A stretch of DNA of 64,000 nucleotides from contig MNCI01000651.1 in assembly GCA_015680685.1 (NCBI GenBank), forward strand, positions 310,001-374,000. Direction: 5' to 3'. This document shows positions 23,296 to 36,379 of this stretch, one piece after another. The notes under the pieces were generated by a model, which worked only from the letters and a program-made list of their open reading frames with translations, had not been told where the DNA came from and searched no databases. The first letter of the stretch is position 1. Every line of letters begins with the position of its first letter. The translations under genes were made by a program, and so were the position numbers. The stretch comes from Gnetum montanum. Lineage: Eukaryota > Plantae > Gnetophyta.

Positions 23296-26200
23296 TTGTG
23301 TAGACTTTTCTTAGTCTTTGAAAGATTAGGAAATGTATAAGTATTGTTCTACACAAGTTTGTACTCATAATTCCCTTAATTAATGATGTTGAAAGGGAGC
23401 TCATCTAATGACACATCCCATTGCCCATCATTATTATTCATGGCTTGCTCCTTTCTTTTGAGTTAATGGACTTCATGGCTAGGAGTTTCCTCCTAAATCT
23501 TCACTTTAGAACCCTACTCTATGTTCACATTGTTGATAGCCAAGGAAACCACACTATCACCATGAATGATGATTTTAACTCCCTCATAAGGGAGGTGATT
23601 CTCTTGGTGGATAGGTCAAGACACAAATTGTAATTAAGCCAACCAAGATCTTCCTAGGATAAGGTTAAACCTCGACATCTTCTCCACCAGCAAGAAATTG
23701 GTGGTTGTGGAGAATTACTCTGCTACCAAAAAGTCCAAGGAGATAGACCCCTTGATAGCAACCCTTGATCTATTGAAGGACTTAAGAGTTATAGTTGTTG
23801 TAGGTTGTATTTGCTCTATTAAGCCCAAGCATTCAATGATGGTTCATGGGATGACATTTCTTGTAGCTCCATCATCAACATTCACCTGATGCACTTTAAA
23901 CTACCCTCATCAAATGATTATAAATAGAGGAGTCCTAGTTACTTTTCCATTATGGGAATTGGCCTTGATTTTGCTATTATGAAATACTATGGGTGTTGAC
24001 TTCTCCTCCCTTGGTGGGGAAAGAACCATCACTATATGGATGGATTCCATGTTAATGAGGATGGTGTCACTAACATAGATGGAAGTCAACATTTTGACTA
24101 GCATCTCATGATGTGTAGTAGAAGTCATGACCAAGTTATATACACTTAAAGTTGTATTCTTTTGCTTGAGGGATTGTCTGACCCAATCCATCACACTAAG
24201 GAATTTTTTATTATAGGTCATGACCTTGTCACCCCATTTGTGTTTCACTTCCATCATGCATCCCAAAATGTGAATTTTGGTTTTTGGTGGTTGTTGCTAG
24301 GGATTCACATCTTTGTTTTGGCTATGGATTTTAGGGTCCTCCTGTGTCTTGTTAGTTGAAGTAGCCTAAGGAGAGGAAGTCATGGGTGTTGATGAGATGG
24401 GAGTAGGCTTTAATGGGTTCACTTGCTTCCATGACTCTCTTTGCTTATCACCCTTATTTCTAGGATTTTACTTATGCTTCTTCCTTTGCTTTGTTAACAT
24501 CTTATGGATGTTAATCATTGGTTGTGAAGAAGAGGTAGTAGCATTGGCTTACATAGGAGGTTGTTGTATGGCCATATTAGTTGGTTGGGCCATGGATAGT
24601 GAATTTGGGTTAGGTTGGGATACCCTAATGACAAAAGGATTCCTTAGAGGTACCTAGGATAGTATTCTCACAACAAAAGTAGATCTTAAGCTAGAGGAAG
24701 TTAAAGAGGCCCTTTCATCATGAGGGGTGGGGGTGGTACATGGATCATGAATAATTCCCTTGTTGATCTTTGATTGTCATCAATGTTGAATTTTAAAATA
24801 ACATAAGGGATATTATTAGCATTCAATGGGTCCTTTTACACTTTCTTTGATTGATTTTGTGATTGAACCAAGTTGGAAGCATCCAAGACTAGCTCTTCCT
24901 TATTTATCATTTTCTACAAGTCATCCTTCAATGCAAGGTAAATTTCTATGTCATGACCAAGTAGTTGGTGATAGTGGCAAAATGAATATAGTTTAAAATA
25001 CCTAGGTAGTTAAGGATAATTCTTTGTTTCTTGAGTGTAGTCCTTAGCTATTTCACATAGCCACTTGTGCTTATTTCAAGTGGCTTCAATCATCTCCTTG
25101 TATTACATGTGTCCACTCTTCAACAATTGATCTAAAAACTTGGATGGTTTTAAAGGTAAAGTAGTGTACTTGCTATGGTCCTTTCACTCAAATGTTGGCT
25201 TGGTTGTAGTCAATGTAATGTCCATAGAGATTGATGGTTAGTTATCATGGTCATTTGTGGATTCCTTGGGTGGGTTGGCCCTTGGCCCCTGTTTAGTGGT
25301 CTTATCTTCTTTGTTCATAGTTACTATAGTCATATTTTTGTGTTTATTCTTCTCCTTCTCCCTCTATGCATGTTGATTTTTTTTATGCTATGTAGGTTGG
25401 GTCATGACTAGCCTTTGCAACATCCTCTATGTTCTTGGTTTAGGAGAACACTTGGCTAAAGGATCATAAGTTAAGGTAGTAAAGTGAACTTGATAAAGTC
25501 ATTAACCACTTGCTTAAATATAACCAAAAGGTGGGCTTTGACTATGGGCTCTATTATTTTGTTTAGTAGCTCATTCAACTATTGGATGAACTTTTGTATA
25601 TGTTCTAGGAGTCTCTACTTGACCTTCATCAGTTGGTTAAGCATTCTGTTAGGCTTCAAGTTATACTTGAAGTGGTTAACATAGTAGGTTATTAAGTCCA
25701 CAAGAGATGATATGGTTCCTCTAGGTAAGGCATAGTACCAATCAAGCACTTTCCTAGTCAAGGACTAGAGAAAATCCTCATGATAGTATGAGGCCACAAC
25801 TACAATAGCAAGCACTCAAATTTGAAGATTATAAGGGAAGCATTGGGATCACCTTATCCATTATACTTGCTAAAATAGGGAATAGGAACAATAGGAGGAA
25901 GTGCAAGGGTGGGATCATAGGACTAATGGGATCATCTTGATAGAAATCCATGACCTTAACACTTTGGAAAGTAGAGGCTTTGAGTCTCTTCAACTTCTCC
26001 CTTATGTTTTGGATCATTTGGAAGGCTTGATCTAGGCATTGTGATGGGCCTATTGAATATGGGGCTTGCACATATGCTTGTAACTCCTATTATGAGGCTT
26101 GTGGCATGACTATTGGTGGCAAGATAGAAGGGAGTGGTTGTGTCATGGTCATAGTTTGTGGACCAAACAACAAAAAAGATGTTTGTGCTAGTATCTAAGG

Positions 26201-27000
26201 GAAAAATGGGATAAAGGGGATGTGTGACCCTTAAGTTGCTTAGGGTCCCATGGTGGATCCCACATGGATCATTAATGGGTTTTTGGTAGTAAAAACTACC
26301 ACTAATGGCTACATAGATTGGGGCTATATGGTAAATAGCATCAATATGTCATAAGTCATTAGTTGTAACATTGATTGAGTTTGATATGTGGCTATGACTG
26401 ATGTGGGATTAGCCCTAGTAGGCTAGGAGGAAGCAGAAGATGATGGAACCATGCCCATGGAGAAAAAAAAAGGCATTAGGAGAAGGCCTAGTGCCCTTGG
26501 GGGATGTCTATTGGAACAACCCTGCTAGAAGGTTTTTAGGATTATATTCCATCCTAAAGTCGTCCTCTTCTTCTTGTTGTTCCTCCAAGCCATCCTTTCC
26601 ATCTTCCTCCTCCATCTTAATCAATTGAGCTAGGATGCTAGCATAGATATTGTTGAGAGATATGTTTTCATACATAAAAGTAATATACTCCTTTACATTC
26701 CAATGTATGAGCTCAAACTTCATTTTGGCTTCTACTTTCAAACATGGAATCAACATGCTAGCCTACATTTTGATGCAAATGTAGTTATAACAATCTTCAT
26801 TTATGGTTTCATAGTTAGAAATTTTCCCTCAAACCTTCAAATACTACCTACATTCAATGATGGTAAGGTCTTTAATGTCATAGACCCTCATGGCTTGTTG
26901 GCTAACACCATCACTAATGAAGATGAAAGGAAACTTGGTCGATTGGGAGAAAGACATGGCTATTTTGTTGTGAATTACTTGAGGCTAGCTATAAAAGGTA
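23296..27000 (-). pseudogene. gag: Degenerate gag-protease of element B
   Basis: Gag core KYNG*GDP...KVLDWYYALPRGTISS. Knuckle CHYHQLLGHDIE at ~24950. Protease VNVDDGATRNVIP at ~23860. Confidence 0.85.
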
Positions 27001-27669
27001 AATATAGCATCAAATTTTAGCAAGTGGAATCTAAAAAGTGTCAAAATAAGTAAAAATGACTAAAACAAGGTATGTAATATAAATAGTAAGTGGTAGGTAT
27101 GGGGGTATACCCCTTTAGCAAAAATAGAAAGTTGGAAAGGTTGGCACCAAGTCTCATCCATGTTGGCCTCTTAGTTGCCTATATGTTGGGTATGGTAGGG
27201 GAAAAAGAAGGGGGTGAGATGGGGGGATCTCACACCTTTCCAATCAAATGTTGATGAGAGGGAGCAATAAGCTGAAAACCAAATTGGAAAGTTGAAATTT
27301 TCCACTAGAACCTAGTTTTGGTATGCTACCAATTTTCTCATCTTTGAAGGATGGGGCTTTAGTTGCATTCTGATAGTTTTATGGTTTCTAGAAAGGTTGT
27401 ACCACCAACATTGAAAAACTAAACAAAAATTGGTATAAAAATAAGGGGGATGATATCAAAGATGGACTTAGGCTAGAAAATACATACCAAGTCTTGTAAA
27501 AAATTAAAACACCCAAACACCTATAACTTCCATGCTAAAGTTTCTTTCACAAGGGGGAAGGGATAGCATTGATTTCCAAAATTTGTTTCTTGCAAAAATT
27601 AGGAGACACTTTAAATGGAAACATTGACAATGGGGGAGATAGATTTTTTACAAAGAGATTAGGAGGAGG

Positions 27670-27686
27670 CCCTCCTTCTAGTGCTA
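27670..27686 (-). promoter_or_regulatory. PBS (tRNA-Asn, decayed) of element B
   Basis: ccctccttctagtgcta on the plus strand. Confidence 0.85.
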
Positions 27687-27692
27687 GAAAAC

Positions 27693-29151
27693 TATTACAA
27701 TTGGAAAAATATATTTCTAGAAAATTGAGAGATCGAGCATAGTAGCCTCAACTCCAAATTTCCATGTCCTTAGGAAAATGAGATTTGAGATCCCCTGGAT
27801 GGTCTAGCAGATCACCTAGGAACTTACAAAATGCAACACTAGGGGTTCAGAAAATAAAATGGAAAAAATTGCAAATCTATAAAATTGAAAGCAAATGCAA
27901 ATCGCACAAAAAATGAAACTTAAATGCTTTATTTAAAATAATAAATAATAAGTTCTAGAAATTTATACAAGAAATTTTTATGATAAAGGAAAGGGTAGGT
28001 TCATTGGGGTAGGAGTTCAAATCTTGTTGAAGCTGATGTGATCTGCTCCATGATTTAGATGCTCAACTACTCCTAATGCTTTTGAACCTCCTCTACCACA
28101 ACTTCAAATATTCAACTTTGATCACTATTAGAGGGTGAGAAGAGTGGGAAATTTTGCTGCAAAATTTCTCCATGATGGGAGTTGGGAATCCCAAAATGTA
28201 GGGTTGAAACCAAAACTCCATAAGCGTTAGGGAGGTAACAAGGCCACATTGGTTCCATGCTAAGGGTTCCAAAACATTGTATTTTCAAAGTGTTGCAAGA
28301 GATCTTGGAGGCCAAAATTACTATGTGCTCAAAAATGCCAAAGTATGGAACTTGAAAAGGGTGTTGGAGCTTTGATTTTATAGGTTTTCGACCATGCTTT
28401 TTGCTACAAATGGGTTGATAGATTGGTTGAAAACTGCTACAAATTTCTACCTAGTATAAGTGAGATGGGTGCCAATATTTTTGGGGTTGGCATATATAGT
28501 AGGTGCTAAACTTCGATGGCCATTCTATTTAGTATAAATAGTAACAAGGGCACATCTTCTACTTTGGAGATAGATCTTTAACAATGAGCCTTCTACCATT
28601 CTTGTTGAAGTAGTTGGTCAACCTTGAACTCATTAGAATGTAAAAAATCTTACTCATGTTGCTTCCATGCTATGGGTATGTAGTTTCCATTATGGCGGTG
28701 GACCCTCCATGCTGGGGAGAAAGTTCCATGCTCAGGGGGAAAGGTTTCCATGTTTTGCATGTAGTCTCCATGTTTAGGATGAATTTTCTATGTTGAGGGT
28801 GAAATCCCCATCCCTCCACACTAGAGGTAGGTGAGATTTAACATCTACAAGTTTTTCTAGTGTAGAAAAGTGTATACCCCCCATAAAAACTATAAAATTG
28901 TCATTTTTAGCAACCCAAAAGGCATTTTTGATCCCTAAGCCCAAATAGATACTACGTGCCTCTTTTCACTTGGGGAATAAGGCTTTGACCACTTATGAGG
29001 TATTTTCTAGTTCCAAATGTGTGAAATATGTTAAATTGCCTCTAATGGATTACAATCTTCATATTTACAATGAAGTTTTACCTCGGCTTCCATGGGGTGA
29101 AGTCTACATGTTGAAAATTGGTTATAACATGTAAATTTTCATGGTGTTTCA
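27693..29151 (-). repeat. 5' LTR of element B (~1.46 kb)
   Basis: Starts TGAAACACCATGAAAA on the minus strand; reverse-complement homolog of 31063-32531. Confidence 0.87.
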
Positions 29152-29944
29152 ATATATTCCTCATTACTACAATCAAATACTTGATAAAGTGGGTTAAGGA
29201 TATTTCCCTAAGGAATACTCTATCCAAACAAGTCTATAAACTTATCCTAGATAACACTGTAGCCCATTTATGCTTATCCATGACCATAGTTACAAACAAT
29301 GAACCATAATTTAATAGCCAAGAAAAAATTATTTCTATAATGACCTAGGCATTAAGCATTCTTTCTCCTCACCTTATTAGCCTCAAGCCAATGGACACGT
29401 TGAAGTAAGCAACAAGGGCATCATCAACTTGCTCAAGAAAATGCTCAATAATAGCAAGCCTAAATGGCATGAGCAACTTGTCCATGCACTTTGGGCCTAT
29501 TTTACAACTTAAAATATGGCAACTAATGTAACAACTTATATATTTGTTTATGATTCTAAAGCTATTTTATCTCTTGAATTTCATGTACTATCACTTCAGG
29601 TGACACAAACTCACTCCATCAATAATGAACAAAGCAAGGAGTTGCAAATTACAGACCTAGACTTGGTGGAGGAGCAACATATGCAAGTGCTTACATAGGT
29701 TGAGCACTATCAAGAGAGGTAGAAATGGAAATACCACCATAACTTGACCAACTGTAAGATCAAGGAGGGTGACATGGTCCTCAAAGCCATATGTTAGCAT
29801 GTGGATAAACTCTTAGCCAACTAGAAAAGGCCCTTCCTTGTCACTAGATATTATTGTAATGGAGCATTTAGGATAGCTAACATGGATGGGAATGATTTGA
29901 ATAGTTTGGTTAATCTTTTTTATCTAAATTCATATTACATGTAG
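29152..29944 (+). pseudogene. int: Integrase core and C-terminus of element C
   Basis: IKYLIKWVK..TIVTNNEP, PQANGHVEVSNKGIINLLKKML, WHEQLVHALWAY, GDMVLK, KGPFLV; stop at 29942-29944. Confidence 0.9.
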
Positions 29945-29974
29945 TTAATGATCATCAACAATCAAACCTACTTT

Positions 29975-30130
29975 ACCATAGCCTACCAAGGCCTTAAATC
30001 AGTAACATGTTCTACTAAGGTCTTAAATAAGTACCATAGTCTGCTATGACCTTAAATAAGTACCATAGTCTACCAAGGCCTAAAATTGGTGCAATGGCTG
30101 ACCATGGCATTAAACTGGCAACATTGGTAA
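29975..30130 (+). repeat. ~29-bp tandem repeat (ccatagtctaccaaggccttaaataagta-like), about 5 units
   Basis: Visible periodicity; related copies at 13460-13545, 22870-23010, 39395-39495 and 63960-64000. Confidence 0.8.
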
Positions 30131-31062
30131 CCCAGGTAGCTTGGTTTTATCATTTCATATGACCTGTATGCATTGTCATATTATAACATGTCTTATTTTC
30201 TTGGTTTTCTTATCCTCTTGGAGTTGTATTTGTAGGATGAAGCTTAGGACCATCGCAAGGATGCAACTTATTATAGTAGCAAGTCACTACGTGACCTTAA
30301 TTTGCATGGTTTAGTGAGTTTGTTCTACTATTTTAAGGGTGGTTTTACCATTTCCCTCCATCTAGCACCACTCCTTAAATCCAACCCCATAACCTTATCA
30401 TGACCTTCCATACCTTGGGAAGTAATGTTGACCTATGTTCATCACTCATGCACTATAGCCATATGATATATCTACCTAGTGCTCTATCTTCAAGTCCACT
30501 TGAATGTAACATAGCTCACTTAGTGGGAAATCATTATGCCCATCAAACATAACACATCTCATTCTATGGGATAACCACCAAGTCCATTGAGTGTAACACA
30601 ACTCACTCAATAGGAAAACCATGTCAAACTGGCCCTAGCAATTAGACCAAATGAAGGCTTCATCCCACATAAGAAAACAAAAGAGGGAAAGAAAATTTCT
30701 AAGAAGATAAATGTACAATTAAGCCTCAAATCCCAATGACCAAAGAAATCTTGGAGCAAAGTGATTGGATCCTCATATGCATTTGTCAAGTGACCAACAC
30801 TTCAAAACATGTTAGTTTCATGCTATAGCCATGAATGTCAACAATGGAATGCATTGTTAACCTTTATAACCATCTTCCTAATGACCATTACCATGATATC
30901 ATTATAGCCTTCTCCCATTATTACAAGCACTCTTTGGCATGGTTTGACATAATTGGATCAAGCACAAAGAATAAGCATTGATGGTGGACCTGTTATGATA
31001 TTTTTTATTCTTTGTTGATGCCTCTCAAGTCAATCCTCTAGATAACACCAAATAAGGACCAT

Positions 31063-32531
31063 TGAAACACCATGAAAACTTGCATTTTTAACTGATTTTT
31101 ATCATGTAGCCTTCACCACATGAAACCCAAGGTAAAATGTCATTGTAAATGTGAAGATTATAACCCATAAGACTCAATTTCACATATTTCATACTTTTGG
31201 GGCTAAACCTGCCTCATAATTCATCAAACCTTCATTTCCCAAATGAAAATAGTCACCTAGTATCTATATTTGAAGTTTGGAAAGATAAAAATACCTTTTG
31301 AGATGCCAAAAGTGGTAATTTGATGGGTTTTATGGGGAGTATACACTTTTTAACATTGGAAACAACTGTAGGGGATAGATCTCATCTACCCCAAAAGTGA
31401 AGGGATGGGAGCTTCCCCTTCAGCATGGAAACATCAACCACTCTAGCATGGAGGCTACATGCATAGCATGGAAACCTTTGCCCCTCAGCATGGAAGTTTC
31501 CCCCTAGCATGAAGGCTCCACCTAAAATGTAGAAACTGCATGCCCCTAGCATGGAAGCAACATGAGCAACATTTCTACACTTTGTTGACTTCAAGGTTGA
31601 CCAACCACTTCAATAAGGATGGTAGAAGACTTAGAATGGAAAATCTGCCTCCATTATAGAAGGTGTCCCCCCAGTACTATTTATAATAAATGAAATGGCC
31701 ATGGTAATTTAGCACTTACTATATATATTAACCCTCCAAATTTGGTTACCAATCTCACCTATATGAGGTAGAAATTTCCAGCAATTTACAATCAATCTAT
31801 CAGCCAATTTGTAGCAAAAAATTATCCAAACCTATACAACCAAAACCACAACACCATTTCAAGGTTCCACTTTGGCATTTTCAAGCATATAGCACTTTTA
31901 AGCTCCAAGAGCTATTGCAACACATGTAAAACACAGCTTCTTGGAGCCTCCTAGCAATGAACCCTTGCAACCCTATTACCTTCTTTGCTACCCCTTGAGA
32001 CTTGTGGGATTTTTGTTTTAACACTACATTTGTTAGATTTCCAACCCCTAGTGTGTAGCATTTTTATAGTTGAATCCCTTACTCTTCTAATCCCAAGTAG
32101 TGACCAAAGTTGTAGATTTGTATTTTGTAGAAGGGAAGGTTCAAAAGCATCAAGAGTTGCTTACCACTTGGATCATGGAGTAGATCACATTAGCTTCAAT
32201 AGTGCCTAAACTCCTACCATAGTGAACCCCTCTTTGCTCTCTCATAGGCATTTATTGTATGAATTTTTGGAACTCATTCTTTATTATTTTTAATAAATTT
32301 TTAAAGTTTCATTTTGTCTATAATCTAAATTTTCTTTGTGTTTTTCATTTTTGTAATTTTTCCATTTTATTTTCTCGACCCCCTACTTTGGATGTTGTAA
32401 GTCCCTAGGTGATCTACTAGATAATCTAGGGTATTTAGAATTCCATTTTTTAAGGGCCCTCAAGATTCGAGGTTAAGGCTTATGCACTAGACCTTTTGAT
32501 TTTCCAGTGATCAATTTATTTAGTTTCAACA
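31063..32531 (+). repeat. 3' LTR of element C
   Basis: tgaaacacc...ttcaaca; homologous to LTR B; D's integrase resumes immediately after. Confidence 0.85.
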
Positions 32532-33059
32532 ACCATCATAAAATTGCTCAAGAAGATGCTATATAATAATTAATGCAAGTGGCATGAACAACTTATCAAT
32601 GAGCTTTTGGCCTACTGAACCACATTCCAAATTGTAATCGGTGTAACCTCATATAGCTTAGTTTATGGTCTTGAAGCTATTATACCTCTTGAACTATAGA
32701 TGCCATTGTTCCAAGTAGCCTTATCAAACTTCATTAATGATGAACATAATAAAGAGCTACGCACCATGGATCTAGACTTAGTGGAAGAGAAACAAGTGTG
32801 AACACTTGCTCATGTTGAGTGGTACTAGGAGAGGCAAAAATGGAAACATTATCATGACCTAGAAAAATACAAGATCAAGGAAGGAGACCTAGTCCTCAAA
32901 CCTATCCTTGAGCATGTAGAAAAATTCTCAACCAACTGGGAAAGTCCTTTCTTGGCTATTAAGGCCTACGACAATGGAACCTTAAAGATAGTAGAAATGG
33001 ATGGGAATGAGCTATCCAAGTTAGTTAATCATTCCTTCCTAAATACTTACTACATGTAG
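32532..33059 (+). pseudogene. int: Integrase C-terminal half of element D (interrupted by C)
   Basis: TIIKLLKKML..WHEQL..SLVYGLEAIIPLEL..KEGDLVLK..NWESPFL; paralog of the C integrase. Confidence 0.9.
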
Positions 33060-34573
33060 CCTACAAGAACCAATAGCTCACACCAATGACATTTTCAACC
33101 AATTACAAGTAAGCTTGCATGACCTCTTTTTGTACAACAAATGAACTATGAAACTTTATAACATGAGTGACCTATGGTAGCCTAGTTTGCTAATTATTTT
33201 ATATGATCTTATGCATTATATTATAAAAACATAAAATGTTTGTCTAATTTTCTTATTATCTTGGAGTTGTGCTTGTAGGAAGAAGCCTAGAGTCATCACG
33301 AAGGTCAAACTCATTGTGGTAAGCAAGTCATCATGTGACCTCAATGTGCAAGATTCAATGAGTTTGTTCTACTATTCCAAGAGTTTTTTTAAGCCCAACT
33401 ACATAGCCTAATTATAACCTTTCTCACCCTTAAGTGGTAATGATGATTAATTTCTAACACTCATGCATTATGGTCATATGACATCCCTTCATCATGCTTC
33501 ACCATCAAGTTCATTGAATGTAACACATGTCATTCAATAAGAAAACTAAATCAAAACTAGCCTTAGCAAAGAAACTCAATGAAGGTTTCACCCCACAAAA
33601 AAATGGAGAAGAAAATTTCCAAGAAGCTAAATGGCCAATGAAGACCAAAAGGAAAATCAAGGGCTTCAAACATGCAAAGGAAGGAGCCTGATGGTCGAAG
33701 AAACCTTGGAGTGAGATGTTTGTTTATGAAACACATTGCCTAGTAACCAACACTTCAAAACATGAATTCAAAATACCTATTGATGGATCAACATTTCATT
33801 GTGATATTGTAGCCATAATGTAAACATTTGAAACTTATTGTTAACCTTCATTACCATTTCATTGTAGTCAAATACTACTTGTATTATTTGTTATCTTATC
33901 ATAACATTATCCCACAACCATAGGCACTCTTTAGCATCTTTCAGCACTACTAAATCAATCATGGAAGAAGGACATTGGTAATGAATTTATAGTGGTGTTT
34001 TTTATTCTTTGTCAATGCTTCTCAAGTCAATCCTCAAGACACCAACAACAAGGGGCCAACAAAACACCACCAAGAAAATGCATGTTGTAATCTTTTTGGC
34101 ATTGTAACTTTCACCCCATGAAACCTAAGTTTAGAATTTCATTCTAAAATTTGAATATTATGATCCAAAAGATGCAATTTCACATGTATCACCTTTTGGT
34201 GCTAAAAAATTCCTCGAGATTTGACATAGACTCAAGCCCCACATGATAAAAGTCATATTATGTNNNNNNNNNNNNNNNNNNNNNNNNNNNNNNNNNNNNN
34301 NNNNNNNNNNNNNNNNNNNNNNNNNNNNNNTCAAAAATTCCTTTTGGACTACCAAAATTGACATTTTGATGGGTTTTGTATGGGGTATAACCTTTGCTAC
34401 ACTAGACTTACCTATGCTTAGTGTTGGGGGTTTAACTCCTAAAGCCTGAACATGGCTCCTACAGCCTCAGTGTCATTCATGTAACCCCAATGTTGTACTT
34501 GAACTCTAGTAACTTCAACATTGGTGCAATAACTTTAGTGTAGCTCTAGCAACTCCAACATGGATGTCATGCC
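32532..34573 (+). mobile_element. Element D: 3' part (integrase, 3' UTR, PPT, start of 3' LTR at ~34060)
   Basis: The 3' UTR is colinear with C's. PPT aacaaggggcc precedes aaaacaccac. Confidence 0.78.
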
Positions 34574-35940
34574 TAAAACACCATAAAGAAAATTCATGTT
34601 GAAAATTATAACCTTCATTTTCTAACTTGAGGTAAGATTTTATTATAAATGTAATATTTCTATTCCATGAGCTACAATCTTGCATACTTTAGCTTTTGGA
34701 GATTAAAAATACCTCAGAAGTCACTACTGCCTCACTTCCCAAGTGGAAAAAGTTATCTCTTGTCTATATTTGAACCTGGGAAGGCTAAAAATAGCTTCGG
34801 AATTATTGAATTTAGTATTTTCATGGATTTTTATAGAGGTCTGGCCTCAACTATGCTAGACCGATCTACCCCTAGCATAGATACTATTGGATTTTCATTT
34901 CCAATCAAAACCTAGTGTAGTCACCATAAAAGCCTAGTGTAGATGCACATATCTAGCATTGCAATTATTGGGATTTTCCATTTTCCATTTTTCCAACAAT
35001 GGCCAGTATAGTCACACCAAGTCTTTAATAGTTGCAACATGACTAGCATAGATATTAGGTTTACCAGTAGTTTCTAGTAGCTTTAGCGTAGTCCACCAAG
35101 GTCAACATTGGTGTAGTCACAAAAGATTTTTTACTATTTATAGTATTTGGATGAGCTTTGGTGGCTATGGTGTATTCCAACTTACTATAGATAGTCACCT
35201 ACATTGATAATTGATGACTATTATACCTAAAAATAGACATCAATTTGTCAGCAATCATGATAGTGATGTACAAAGACAAAATAAGCAATTCCATAGCCTA
35301 TAAAAACCAAATGTGAAAACCTTATTATAGTTTCACATTTTTAAAGCAATTCCATAACTTAAACGAATTTTTGTAGCCAAGAGAGCCTTTGTGATTTTAA
35401 AACACCTTTGAGAGCAAATAAGTGTCTACATTGGGCATTAGAGACTTCCAACATGATACCATTGTATCAAAGGCGGAATATTAATTCATAACCAAAGTTG
35501 CAAATTCTAGTGGAAACTAAAATGGAGTTGTTAGAAATTGGGGTTGGGATGTATTTGGATCATCAGATTTTGAGTGCAAACTGCAAGCTCCAATGAACTT
35601 TAAGCTTGTTCTAAGCAAACTTCTTGTGCACCCAACATACAAATCTGTACCTCTCGAATCCTGTACTGTATGCATTTACTATTTGAATAAAGTTATAGTT
35701 CATTTTTGTGCAAATTATGTTCAATTTTTAATTTCTATGTATGTTTTCATTTCAAATTTGCAATTTTGTTTCTTTTTCCATAGTCATTTACATTTTCATA
35801 AGTCCCTAGGTAAATGGCTAGGCCATCCAAGATGCCTTGAATCATATCTTTGGAGGTCCATAGGATTCAAGGCTAAAACTATTCTAGTGCCTAGGATATT
35901 TTGGTTTTTATTCCAACAACCAAATTTTCTAGGTCCAATA
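34574..35940 (+). repeat. 5' LTR of element E (left boundary uncertain)
   Basis: Starts taaaacacca (decayed TGAAACACCA). The 3' end resembles the B/C LTR ends (gtccctaggt..). Followed by the PBS. Confidence 0.65.
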
Positions 35941-35946
35941 GTTCTC

Positions 35947-35963
35947 TAATGCTAGAAGGAGGG
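35947..35963 (+). promoter_or_regulatory. PBS (tRNA-Asn, decayed) of element E
   Basis: taatgctagaaggaggg. Confidence 0.8.
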
Positions 35964-36379
35964 CCTCCACCCAAATTCTTAGTCAAATAACCCTTTTCCA
36001 ATCTTGTCTAAATATCAAATCCTTTACATTTTCAATTTTAAAACCTACCCAAATTCCTTCCCAAATATCCAACATAGTTATGGTAAGTGAGTTGGATTTT
36101 CATTGTATTTTGACAGTAGTTGCTAAATTCCTTGGAACTAGCATAGTTTGCCTTTAAAATCTATTTCTTCCAGAAAGATCATTTCCATTAAAAGCCTACT
36201 TCCATTTGGTAAGAAAACCTCTAGTGTAAACCTTGTTGGAAGGACAACATAGTTAGAATTATGACCTTAAACCCTATCTACTGCACCATATGCAACCATC
36301 TATTGCATAGTATTTGACAAAAATAATTTTCTACCACCTTTCCATTTATAGTTAACTATGCTTGTAGGTTATTCCATTA

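Larger units (their letters stand above)
2907..29151 (-). mobile_element. Element B: decayed Tat-type Gypsy element (LTR-PBS-gag-PR-~10 kb intron-like region with antisense gene-RT-RH-aRH); integrase and 3' LTR lie beyond insertion A
   Basis: LTR 27693-29151 and PBS 27670-27686. Gag/PR remnants at 23.3-27 kb, RT-RH-aRH at 2.9-4.9 kb. Colinear with element E, e.g. 13450-13650 matches the reverse complement of 63860-64000. Confidence 0.8.
29152..32531 (+). mobile_element. Element C: 3' part of a Tat-type element (integrase, 3' UTR, PPT, 3' LTR), interrupted by B
   Basis: Integrase remnant, then PPT-like aaataaggacc, then LTR. Confidence 0.85.

Noticed and set aside
29975-30130. CRISPR-like periodic repeat
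   Set aside because: The units are degenerate and contiguous without unique spacers; the context is a eukaryotic TE with no cas genes.
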